Of a stretch of 64,000 bases of DNA, positions 31,051-40,065 are shown piece by piece. Origin of the DNA: a virus. The number at the start of each line of letters is the position of its first letter. Position 1 is the first letter of the stretch. Below the pieces are notes generated by a model that saw only the letters and a program-made list of their open reading frames with translations, had not been told where the DNA came from and ran no database searches. Position numbers and translations under genes: made by a program. The stretch lies in the IMG/VR virus record IMGVR_UViG_3300031857_000034, positions 63,759-127,758 of that record. One strand, written 5' to 3'.

Positions 31051-31655
31051 TGCTGTCTAGCGTTCCAGCGATGATACAAGGATTTGTCAAAATCTCGGAT
31101 CCCAAAACAGGACAGGTATTTGTTGACAAAAAGAATGCCATACACTACGAGAACATGAGTCGCAGTCTAGCAGAAAGCCTGGCCAATCGCAACACAGGAT
31201 ATATCTATGAAATGGCTTTTGGCAACGGTGGCAGCACAGTAGATGCAACAGGCGTGATCACATACTTGCCGCCTAACACAGTGAATCAAAATGCTGATTT
31301 ATACAATCAAACATATGCCAAAGTAGTAGACGATAATTCAGCAGCCAATCCTGATCCACTACGCAACTATCTCACAGTGGTACACATACCTGGTAGAGTC
31401 TACACAGATATCGTGGTAACTTGTTTGTTGGACTACGGTGAGCCCAGTGATCAGCAGGCTTTTGATAACAGCACAAATTTTAATGGAGAGTATGTGTTTG
31501 ACGAAATAGGACTAAAAACCTGGCAAGGGCAAGATCTTCCCCTGCGCTTGGTAACACACGTGATTTTCCATCCCGTGCAAAAAAGTCTAAATCGACAGAT
31601 ACAGATAGAATACACAGTTAGGATACAGACGCTGACTAACTTGAGCGCGGCCTAA
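31050..31655 (+). CDS. Baseplate/tail-fibre attachment protein
   Basis: 201 aa with MAFGNGG...VFDEIGL...THVIFHPVQKSLNRQIQIEYTVRI, a pattern typical of fibre-attachment/gp8-position proteins. Confidence 0.6.
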   Translation: MLSSVPAMIQGFVKISDPKTGQVFVDKKNAIHYENMSRSLAESLANRNTGYIYEMAFGNGGSTVDATGVITYLPPNTVNQNADLYNQTYAKVVDDNSAANPDPLRNYLTVVHIPGRVYTDIVVTCLLDYGEPSDQQAFDNSTNFNGEYVFDEIGLKTWQGQDLPLRLVTHVIFHPVQKSLNRQIQIEYTVRIQTLTNLSAA

Positions 31656-31680
31656 ATAAATATCAATAACGGAGCAAGAA

Positions 31681-34086
31681 ATGCCTTATTCAGTTACGCT
31701 AACCCGAGGTGCAATATTCGCTAACATAGCGGATGGAACCATTAACCAAACGTCAACCATGACGCTGATTGGTCGCGACTTTGCCAACTATGGACAGTTC
31801 GTAGATCAGGATTTTATACGCTTACTGGAATCAGGTGCAGCCACAGCCAACAATCGTCCCACCAACGCATTGACAGGACAACTTTGGTATGATCTAACCA
31901 ACACACAGTTAAAAATCGCCACACAGGGCAACATACCCAACGGAGCAACATATACTGGAAATGCCATTACCTGGCAAGGAGTCATGCCAGCACGCTCGGC
32001 CAATGCGCCCAGCGCACCTGCCAAGGGTGATCAATGGATGTATGTTGACAGCGCAAGCAACATTGCGCAGTTGATAGTGTACAGTGGAGACACTACAAAA
32101 ACCACATTTGGAAATCCGGGCTGGCAAGCCATTGGCCCGCTTACACGTCAAGACACAGTAAATGTGGCTGTGATCAATGCCAACGTAGGCAACTTCACAA
32201 CCAACACCGGCGACGGCCGCATCGATGTCAACAATTTATATGGTAACACTGCAGATATCACTGACAGTATGTACGTTGGTAGATTCAGCAATGGTGCCAA
32301 CAACAGCACATCCTTCCTGGATGTACGCGGACAAGGCATCTATGGCAATCTTAATGGAGTGCAGGCTAATATTACGCAGTTGGGCGCATATAACGGTGGA
32401 TTGTTAAATTATATTGCTGTAGGCAACAGTGCTAATCCTGGAACATTTACACAGATAGCTGGCAACGGCATTACCACAAGTCAAGGCATCACAGCCTATG
32501 GAGCCAGTTATCTCGCATCTGTGGCTGGAAATTCTGCCATATTTAATACCATGGGCAATACCAACACACAGATATATGGTGTGATACAGCCCAGCAGCAA
32601 ATATCAACCCTATGTCAAAGGCCTGGGCATACAAGAAGCAGCCTTTGATGCATCTAACAATGCTATTGGCAACGCTGCCTTGGCTGTACGTGGCGACATC
32701 ATTGTAAGTTTTGGCAACGGATTCACTGGATACAGCAATGTCAATCTGGGACAGAATCCCAATACTGGCACAGCATTGAATGCGGTATATGCCAAAACAT
32801 TTTTTGGTAACTTGTCTGGCGCTTTGCTAGGCGACTTGCCTGCAGCCAACATCACAGACATAGCCATACCATCCGACGGCGGAATCTATGTAGGTGACGG
32901 TAACACTACCACAGGCGAAGGCAATATCCGAATCGTGGGTGCCAATGGCACCGGTAGTTTCAACAATGCTGTATACATTGGACGTCCTCCAAACAATCTT
33001 GGTAACGGCAATGTGGGTATCATCCATACCTGGGGCACCAGCACAGTTCCCGGTGGAGTAGGCGACATCCTGACATTTACCAATCTCACAGCCAATGTGC
33101 TGTATGATTTTTACAGAGATGTGCGCATCCAGGGTAATCTTTATGTGCTGGGCAACACAGTTGAAACCAACGTAGAAACCATTACCACTGCTGACAAAGA
33201 TATCACATTGTCGGACAACACAGTCACTGCCAATATCATTACTGGATTAACTGGCGCTGGCATACTTTTAGGCAATGCAGCCAACGTTGGTGCAAGTAAC
33301 CAATTGAAGTTCACAGGAGTGGTGCAAGCCTCGGGTTCGGGCAGTCCGGGCTACGATGCCCAGCGCTGGGTACTCAATCGCAGTTTGAATATAACCAGCG
33401 ATTATCCCAACGTTGGTGGCAGCCTAGGAGATCTACGCGCCACTGGTAATATCTTTGCCGATGGTGCCGTTTCTAACAGCAGCTTCAACGGTGCTGCGGT
33501 AAGCAATCTTTATATCACAGGCACAGGTGGTTATCACACTGGACTATATCGTGGAGCCATTGGTGGAATGTTACACGCCAATGGTGCGGTAGGCAACGCT
33601 GTGGGCACATATTTTAGTAGCACAGTATATCCTGCTACCATACTAGGCACAGCAAATACCACTGCACTGAGAGACAGTGGCGGTAATATCACAGCCAACA
33701 ATTTTATTGGTATCGCTACATATGCACGTTATGCTGACTTGGCCGAACTTTATCTAGCAGATAGAGAATACGTTGCTGGAACCTTGGTAACCGTAGGCGG
33801 AGATGCCGAAATTACTGAGTGTACCAATCAAGATCATCCCCTGGGAGTGATATCGACCAATCCTGCATATCTAATGAATATGTCATTGGTGGGCGGTGTT
33901 CCTGTGGCCTTGCGCGGCCGCGTGCCAGTTAGATTCACGGGCGTGGTCCATAAAGGTGATAAACTGGGTCCCAGTGACGTTCCTGGTGTATGTGCCAGAA
34001 ATAATGATGTACCGATTGCCATAGCACTACATAATGCTTATGCAGAACCTGGTACTGAAGCAATGGTTGAGGCTGTTATACTGTAA
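31681..34086 (+). CDS. Tail fibre protein with a C-terminal Peptidase_G2-like intramolecular chaperone domain
   Basis: N-terminal LIGRDFANYGQ...GQLWYD anchor, a Gly/Asn-rich beta body, and C-terminal YADLAELY...GVISTNPAYLMN...VALRGRVPV. Confidence 0.8.
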   Translation: MPYSVTLTRGAIFANIADGTINQTSTMTLIGRDFANYGQFVDQDFIRLLESGAATANNRPTNALTGQLWYDLTNTQLKIATQGNIPNGATYTGNAITWQGVMPARSANAPSAPAKGDQWMYVDSASNIAQLIVYSGDTTKTTFGNPGWQAIGPLTRQDTVNVAVINANVGNFTTNTGDGRIDVNNLYGNTADITDSMYVGRFSNGANNSTSFLDVRGQGIYGNLNGVQANITQLGAYNGGLLNYIAVGNSANPGTFTQIAGNGITTSQGITAYGASYLASVAGNSAIFNTMGNTNTQIYGVIQPSSKYQPYVKGLGIQEAAFDASNNAIGNAALAVRGDIIVSFGNGFTGYSNVNLGQNPNTGTALNAVYAKTFFGNLSGALLGDLPAANITDIAIPSDGGIYVGDGNTTTGEGNIRIVGANGTGSFNNAVYIGRPPNNLGNGNVGIIHTWGTSTVPGGVGDILTFTNLTANVLYDFYRDVRIQGNLYVLGNTVETNVETITTADKDITLSDNTVTANIITGLTGAGILLGNAANVGASNQLKFTGVVQASGSGSPGYDAQRWVLNRSLNITSDYPNVGGSLGDLRATGNIFADGAVSNSSFNGAAVSNLYITGTGGYHTGLYRGAIGGMLHANGAVGNAVGTYFSSTVYPATILGTANTTALRDSGGNITANNFIGIATYARYADLAELYLADREYVAGTLVTVGGDAEITECTNQDHPLGVISTNPAYLMNMSLVGGVPVALRGRVPVRFTGVVHKGDKLGPSDVPGVCARNNDVPIAIALHNAYAEPGTEAMVEAVIL

Positions 34087-34088
34087 CG

Positions 34089-34562
34089 ATGAATAGCATA
34101 AACGAATTCAAAGCCTTTATTGGCCGAGAGTTTGTTTATAGGCATAATTTGATCAGCGTGATAAAAAATGGTGGACACTATCTTGTTCACAATCACGCTG
34201 AATTATCAAAACTTTACAATGGTCATGCCATCAAACTCGAAGGCCTAGAACGCTACTCTCGCGAGTTGGCTATAAAATGTGCTGGTTTGAAAATCATGTA
34301 TGATCATGTTGGGCCAGTGACTTGTCACGCTTACAGAGCCTTTCCGGGTTCGCAGAGTTTTGGCTCACACTCAGATCCCATGCCAGTATTTTTAGAAGTG
34401 ATTGAAGGCACCAAAAATATGATTGTGGACGGAGAATGGCGCACACTCACAGCAGGTGATACACTGTTGATTCCAGCCAATGTACCACATGAAGCTGTCA
34501 ACCAGGAAGACAGTCTCATGCTGAGTTTTGGCTTAGAATCTTACTTGATAGATTGTCAATGA
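34089..34562 (+). CDS. Cupin/JmjC-like (ROX/YcfD-type) oxygenase
   Basis: SFGSHSD...IEGTK...LTAGDTLLIPANVPHEA gives an HxD...H facial triad in a cupin fold. Confidence 0.75.
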   Translation: MNSINEFKAFIGREFVYRHNLISVIKNGGHYLVHNHAELSKLYNGHAIKLEGLERYSRELAIKCAGLKIMYDHVGPVTCHAYRAFPGSQSFGSHSDPMPVFLEVIEGTKNMIVDGEWRTLTAGDTLLIPANVPHEAVNQEDSLMLSFGLESYLIDCQ

Positions 34563-35626
34563 ATTATCTAAGTTATCTCAAGACCACTGAAACCTGTAAT
34601 TTAAATTGCCGGCATTGTTTTACATCTGGTACCCAAGGGCGTAAGATATTCTGGAATCCAGATCACGTGATTGATTTTTTCCAGCGTTTCCACCAGCACG
34701 TGGGCGCAGGGCACACCATGCACTATGAATTCCACGGTGGCGAACCATTTCTGGCCCCAGTGCAAGATATGATCCGTGTATATGATCAATTGCGTGATAC
34801 TTTTGATGTTGCTTCATTTGGCTGCACCAGTAATCTAACCTTTAAACTAAATCAAGACATTGAAGATTTCATCTTGGGTCCATTGGGTCGACGCATAGGC
34901 ACCAGTTGGGATCCGGCTATTAGATTTGCCAATGTTAGACAAGAATCATTGTGGCGCAGAAACGTTGAAAGGTTGCTGAGCCTAGGAGTGTCCATAAAAC
35001 TGTTTATCAGCGTCACACGGGATACTATCAATATAGAACCCATTGAACTGCTGCGCTGGGTGCGAGATTTAGGTGTTCAAGAAATGGATCTAGAACGCTT
35101 GACCAACAACGGCAATGCTAGACAGCATCCAGATATTTTCCCCCGAAATCTAGATCAGGATCAATGGTTTTTAAAAATGCACCGTCAGATACAGCAATAC
35201 GATGCAAGATCGTGGTTTGCCAATGAGTTCATGGAAAATATCTACAGCAAGTTCGAACGTAACATTACTGGAGCAGGAACTTTCTGCAGAGATTGCGAAC
35301 AAAAACTTTTTACCATCAATGCGGATGGAACAATAGGTGGCTGTCCCAATGCTGCGCCCGAAGAAAATTTTGGACATATTTCCATGGGCATACAAGATGT
35401 CCTGACCCACCCGCAGCGCATAAACAACATAGCCTGCGAATCGCACAGGAATACCCTGTGTTATGACTGTGATGTATTTGACAAATGCGGATCAGATTGT
35501 CATCAATTGAGCTGGCAAGGCGACGTTTGCGGTGCGCCCAAGAGCCTCATGCGAGAACTAAAGTATGGTACAGCCCAAGATTCCTACAAAATTCCCGCCA
35601 AAATGTTTAAAATAGTCCCAGTTTAA
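34559..35626 (+). CDS. Radical SAM/SPASM-domain protein
   Basis: CNLNCRHC motif, FHGGEP, and C-terminal CRDC..GCP..C..CYDCDVFDKCGSDC. The ATG at 34559 forms an ATGA overlap with the cupin stop. Confidence 0.92.
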   Translation: MNYLSYLKTTETCNLNCRHCFTSGTQGRKIFWNPDHVIDFFQRFHQHVGAGHTMHYEFHGGEPFLAPVQDMIRVYDQLRDTFDVASFGCTSNLTFKLNQDIEDFILGPLGRRIGTSWDPAIRFANVRQESLWRRNVERLLSLGVSIKLFISVTRDTINIEPIELLRWVRDLGVQEMDLERLTNNGNARQHPDIFPRNLDQDQWFLKMHRQIQQYDARSWFANEFMENIYSKFERNITGAGTFCRDCEQKLFTINADGTIGGCPNAAPEENFGHISMGIQDVLTHPQRINNIACESHRNTLCYDCDVFDKCGSDCHQLSWQGDVCGAPKSLMRELKYGTAQDSYKIPAKMFKIVPV

Positions 35627-35632
35627 ATTTTG

Positions 35633-35640
35633 TATAAATA
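35633..35640 (+). promoter_or_regulatory. T4-type late promoter TATAAATA
   Basis: Exact T4 late consensus, 5 nt upstream of the ATG at 35646. Confidence 0.7.
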
Positions 35641-35645
35641 GTATT

Positions 35646-36413
35646 ATGGCTCAATTACAGTCCGGATACATTATCAATGCTTCTAATCTCATCAGCGCTT
35701 TTGGCTATGATGCCGTCAGCGCCACTGGCCCACAGGGCAACGGCACCAGTGTAGCTTATGTGGCCAACAGCACAGTGAATTTTGCTGATGGCATTGCTTG
35801 GGGGCCTGCCTCGGGCACATTGCCCGCAAAATATCCCACAGGTGATACACAATGGATTGCTGTATTTGGCGGCAATGGAAGATCAGGTTCTTCAACAGGC
35901 AATGCCTGGGCCACCGCCAATGCTGTGCCCGGAGATTTTAAAAAAACATATCCAAGTGATCCCAGTGTAGATTATGTTATTTTTGCCAGCCACTATTCGG
36001 GCAACGGACTGCCCAGTTCAACTGCGGTGCTGTATCAATCGGCCAGGAATTTTTTAACTGTGAACTGGTGTAGAGCTACAAAAATCACCACTGGAGATAT
36101 TGCACCACCACCATCTGTGTACGGACCTTTCAAAGCAAGTTTTTCAACTGCACAATTTTCCTCCAGCTTTGTAAATCCTACCACTCCGCGCGGACACACT
36201 GACACAGATACATTTGATGGTAGCATTGCCAATGCCACCTATGCAGGAAATGAAAACACTGCCAATCCCACCAATAGAGAGGTCTGGGGTATCAATAACT
36301 ATTTCAACAGTCTTAAAAAATCTTTCAATAATAGACCCATCACTAATGTCAGTATAACAGTTTGTCACGCTCAGTGCCACTCCAGCTGCCATAACAGTCG
36401 CGGCAGGAGATAA
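35646..36413 (+). CDS. Protein A with C-terminal CHAQCHSSCHNSRGRR tail; putative radical-SAM substrate and virion protein
   Basis: 255 aa Gly/Ser/Thr/Asn-rich body ending in a (C-H-x-x)3 tail. Lies inside the rSAM cluster. Confidence 0.75.
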   Translation: MAQLQSGYIINASNLISAFGYDAVSATGPQGNGTSVAYVANSTVNFADGIAWGPASGTLPAKYPTGDTQWIAVFGGNGRSGSSTGNAWATANAVPGDFKKTYPSDPSVDYVIFASHYSGNGLPSSTAVLYQSARNFLTVNWCRATKITTGDIAPPPSVYGPFKASFSTAQFSSSFVNPTTPRGHTDTDTFDGSIANATYAGNENTANPTNREVWGINNYFNSLKKSFNNRPITNVSITVCHAQCHSSCHNSRGRR

Positions 36414-36415
36414 GC

Positions 36416-37159
36416 ATGACCATCTCCACCGGTGATTTAGTAAGATCACGAAATCCGGGCAATGCGCAAAGTATAATCCAGAGTTTTCTCAATGACTATT
36501 TGGCCAGTACCAATGCCAACAGTCCCAACAACAATGTGTTATTCTACACCGGTAGTTACCCTACCAGAACTGTGCCTGCAGCTTATCGAGCTGCAGCCAA
36601 TGCCTACTATGCCGGTTTAGGTATTTTTGCGCCTACATCAAATCAAGTGGCCAATGTGCTCACAGACAGCAACATTGCCAATGTTGGTGGGCAGATCATA
36701 TCTGCCACTGCCAATGTAAGTCTCACATATCCAGCCAGTGCGTCACAGGCCATATCTGCAGGCAACTTCTCAGGATTTAGCCAGATTTTTTACGGCGAAC
36801 TACAAAGATACCTTATCTATAGACGTGTACAGGCCATAACCGTAGTCACAGGTGATATAGCACCTGCAGGCACTTACACAGATTCAGGCAAGGCCTTGGT
36901 AACTTCTGGCTATGCATTATCCGCAGGTAACATAACCAATCCCGGCACTAATGTAAATTTCGCCACTGATCGTGTGATCAGTGCCAGCACAAATGGAACC
37001 TTGGGCGGGTCGGCAGCAGTGGCATTCAACACATATTGGGCTGCATTGATGAGCAATTGGTCCTCGGCATACACCGCTGCTGGCACTATATCAATGTCAT
37101 ACAGCACCTGTCATGCCCAGTGCCATTCCAGCTGCCACAATTCAAGAGGAAGAAGATAA
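36416..37159 (+). CDS. Protein B, paralogue of A, with the identical CHAQCHSSCHNSRGRR tail
   Basis: 247 aa. Shares TGDIAP, an NxYW/F helix and the 16-aa C-terminus with protein A. Confidence 0.75.
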   Translation: MTISTGDLVRSRNPGNAQSIIQSFLNDYLASTNANSPNNNVLFYTGSYPTRTVPAAYRAAANAYYAGLGIFAPTSNQVANVLTDSNIANVGGQIISATANVSLTYPASASQAISAGNFSGFSQIFYGELQRYLIYRRVQAITVVTGDIAPAGTYTDSGKALVTSGYALSAGNITNPGTNVNFATDRVISASTNGTLGGSAAVAFNTYWAALMSNWSSAYTAAGTISMSYSTCHAQCHSSCHNSRGRR

Positions 37160-37160
37160 A

Positions 37161-37892
37161 ATGTCAAATGTAATCACTACCACCGCACCCATATCATTGG
37201 AAAATTTGAAAATTTATTTCAGTGACAAATCCACTAGATATCTAATAGACTATAAAAATTCCAAACTGCAGGAACAAAAACTCCTAACTTATCTTGGTAA
37301 TTTGGATCTCAATTGCGATATAGACATTGAAGATTTTAACGATCCCGATCATGCCAAACTATTGCAAACCTACTTTGCCAGCACCACGCTGGTCAATATT
37401 CCCACGCTGGAACGTGCGGCCATGGGCGTGCTGTTTGAATACAAGGGCCTGATACAGCCAGGATATTTTACCAACTTCATACAGGAAAATATAGAATTGG
37501 TCAAATGCTGGGTACAGAAATTGGATAGCCTGGTTCTGTTCAACACCTATGCTATCAATGACGAACTAGCCAAACAAGAAGTCAAAAATTATCCGGAAGA
37601 TGACACAGACTCCATTGAAGGAATCAATTGGATAAGTCTATTGAAAAACGAAGAATTTTTCTATTTTTATCAGATCTTGGACGCATCTAATCTGCGATAC
37701 TACAGCCGCTATTTTAGTGAAAATATGTTCAAAGGGCGTAATCTTTACTCGTTCTGGGCCAATAACAACAATCCCATGTTTTTGATCACCTGGGGCATAT
37801 TAGAAGAAAAAATAAATAGTAAACAGTGGCAAGAATTGTTGAGTCAGGCCACACAAGAACTTAAGGAACAACAAGATGCTACATCTCTTTAA
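37161..37892 (+). CDS. Hypothetical protein of the rSAM cluster
   Basis: 243 aa. The likely start is the ATG at 37161, 1 nt after the protein B stop. No recognised motif. Confidence 0.65.
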   Translation: MSNVITTTAPISLENLKIYFSDKSTRYLIDYKNSKLQEQKLLTYLGNLDLNCDIDIEDFNDPDHAKLLQTYFASTTLVNIPTLERAAMGVLFEYKGLIQPGYFTNFIQENIELVKCWVQKLDSLVLFNTYAINDELAKQEVKNYPEDDTDSIEGINWISLLKNEEFFYFYQILDASNLRYYSRYFSENMFKGRNLYSFWANNNNPMFLITWGILEEKINSKQWQELLSQATQELKEQQDATSL

Positions 37893-38988
37893 AAGAGTAT
37901 ATCTAGCTTTAGATGAAACGCTGGATACCGCACAACATCGTGTGGTATTGAGTCAGGATTTTGGTCACCCAATGGGAGGTGAATTTGCCTCTGTTGGCCA
38001 ACTGCTAGATTACAATGAAAGCGTGGAAGGTGTGATTGGCGCCGGCAAAACCTATCCAGACTATCTGAGTTTCTTGAATTTCCTTGGATCAAAACAAGAC
38101 GAGTTAAATGCGCCAGTGACAGTGTACGCAGATCGAGACAGTTTTGTCAAAATAGGAACTAATTTTTTCCGTGCTGCATTGCCTTTGGCCACGGTCAAGG
38201 ACATCTATCAGATCTTGGCTTTCTACACTGTTAGACAAAGCCTGTTAAGTAGTAATGTTACATTCTCTAGTCCTGTTCAAAATCATGCACGCCTTAAAAA
38301 TAAAGCTGCCATTACAGAAGCCGAAGTATCTGCTGAATTTTTCAAGGGACAAACCAACCCTGTTGATTTCTATAGTTTTTTTGCTGAAAAAAGAGCCGAT
38401 CTAAGCATAGAATTTGTATTGGCAACATACAGTTACAATGGTCAATGCGAAGACATATTCAGTGAACAGATCAAAGGCTTTTGTATCAAGCACGCCTACT
38501 TGAGTGCGTTGGAAGCCAGAGAGCACATAGTTGACACGCTGACGTCAGAAAAAACCAAAAGCGTCTTGAATCTTTCGGATCGTCCAATTTTGGAAATGAT
38601 TGGAATTTTGCAGCAAGCCGAATCCACACGCTTGTTGTTTGACGATAGGTTTTTCCCAAGAGATGTTTCTACAGTTAGTTTTGATGCTAACTGGCGCAGA
38701 GTATCTGAATCTGAAATTGCCAAATTGTCAAAAACAGTGATCAAAGTTTTTAGAGATCTCAAAGGCTTGCCTTTGAACGAAGTACCCATTGGATTCTTCC
38801 CCGGCATAGAACACATCAATAATCCGGCACAATGGAGTCAGTATCGAGATCGTGTCATGGATGTTTTGCCATTTATTGCGTCTAGCGAGTCACATAAAAT
38901 CAATGCTACATTGTTTAATTACATAAACGACGCTAGAAAAAACAACCGTGAGTTACTGAGACCATTTGTCATCAACGGTTGCACCTGA
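37876..38988 (+). CDS. Hypothetical protein of the rSAM cluster
   Basis: 370-aa ORF overlapping the upstream gene. No confident motif. Confidence 0.65.
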   Translation: MLHLFKRVYLALDETLDTAQHRVVLSQDFGHPMGGEFASVGQLLDYNESVEGVIGAGKTYPDYLSFLNFLGSKQDELNAPVTVYADRDSFVKIGTNFFRAALPLATVKDIYQILAFYTVRQSLLSSNVTFSSPVQNHARLKNKAAITEAEVSAEFFKGQTNPVDFYSFFAEKRADLSIEFVLATYSYNGQCEDIFSEQIKGFCIKHAYLSALEAREHIVDTLTSEKTKSVLNLSDRPILEMIGILQQAESTRLLFDDRFFPRDVSTVSFDANWRRVSESEIAKLSKTVIKVFRDLKGLPLNEVPIGFFPGIEHINNPAQWSQYRDRVMDVLPFIASSESHKINATLFNYINDARKNNRELLRPFVINGCT

Positions 38989-39045
38989 CCTTTTATTGCC
39001 ATTACCACTGATAATATTGGCTAAGTATTTTGGACCAATATTGCC

Positions 39046-40065
39046 ATGAGTGATCTAGACTTTTATAAAATCATTGAGAACAAAATCATCGACTATGTAG
39101 AAGTCGTGGTGCTGTTCTTTGAGCACTGCAATATGAAGTGTGTTTTTTGTCCTCAGAATCATGATGATACCACTGGCGCCAACAGAGATAGTATCATTGG
39201 CAAGTCTCAATTGGTAGTAGATTACATCAATACCAGTCCCAAGCAACAGTTTGTAATACATATCATGGGCGGAGAACTGTTCCAGGATCATTGGATCAAA
39301 CAAGGATTCATTGAGGTGTATCAGGAATTTATTGACACTGTAAAACACAATGTGGCCAGCGGAAAAACTGTAGATTTTCTTTTTGTTACCAATCTGGTGT
39401 ATGAACAAATTGACGCAGTCTTGGACTTTTGTCGCAACAATCAATTGACCATGAATGTAAGTTACGATCCGGCTGGTAGATTCAACGCACAGGAACTGGC
39501 ACTATTCAAACGCAACATTGAAAAGTTCCAACCCTATGTACATTTGATTTCAACTGTGATCACCCGACAAAACATCGAGAAAATTATAGCAGGTGATGCC
39601 TATTATGATTATCTGTATCAAACATTTGAAACAGATTGGGATCAACTTTTGCCTGGAAAGAATTTTAATCCAGCACTCATGCCTCGGGAAAGCCAGTTAT
39701 TAGAATACTATCGATTCATGATTGACAAGTATCCTCGCTGCAACAACATCGCGTACTTTCTCAATCAAAATCAACAAAAGAAAATGTCTTGTACTAGAGG
39801 CAGCAGCCACACTATCATGACAGATGGATCATCCCCCAAGGGCTGCAGCGGCACTGTGCTGTTAAAAGATCCCCGCAGCCAAGAACTTGGTTCTAGCAAG
39901 ATCATACAGATATTCTTGGAAGAAAAAGATTGTCTCAGTTGTGAGTTTTATTCACGTTGTAGTTTCACTTGCTTTATCAAGAACGAATACAAACATCTCA
40001 TAAGAGATGTAGATGGTTGTGTATTTGCAGAAGCGTTTAGATATGCAGATGCAAAAACAACATAA
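39046..40065 (+). CDS. Radical SAM protein with a Cys-rich SPASM/twitch-like C-terminus
   Basis: CNMKCVFC, MGGELF, and C-terminal SC..GC..CLSCEFYSRCSFTC. Confidence 0.9.
   Translation: MSDLDFYKIIENKIIDYVEVVVLFFEHCNMKCVFCPQNHDDTTGANRDSIIGKSQLVVDYINTSPKQQFVIHIMGGELFQDHWIKQGFIEVYQEFIDTVKHNVASGKTVDFLFVTNLVYEQIDAVLDFCRNNQLTMNVSYDPAGRFNAQELALFKRNIEKFQPYVHLISTVITRQNIEKIIAGDAYYDYLYQTFETDWDQLLPGKNFNPALMPRESQLLEYYRFMIDKYPRCNNIAYFLNQNQQKKMSCTRGSSHTIMTDGSSPKGCSGTVLLKDPRSQELGSSKIIQIFLEEKDCLSCEFYSRCSFTCFIKNEYKHLIRDVDGCVFAEAFRYADAKTT

Noticed and set aside
36363-37159. Tail read as c-type heme-binding CxxCH motifs
   Set aside because: The spacing is CxxxCH (C-HAQ-CH, C-HSS-CH), not CxxCH. There is no signal peptide and no cytochrome c maturation genes.
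31681-37159. Diversity-generating retroelement targeting the fibre or tail proteins
   Set aside because: There is no reverse transcriptase, and the differences between the two tail copies are synonymous and not adenine-specific.
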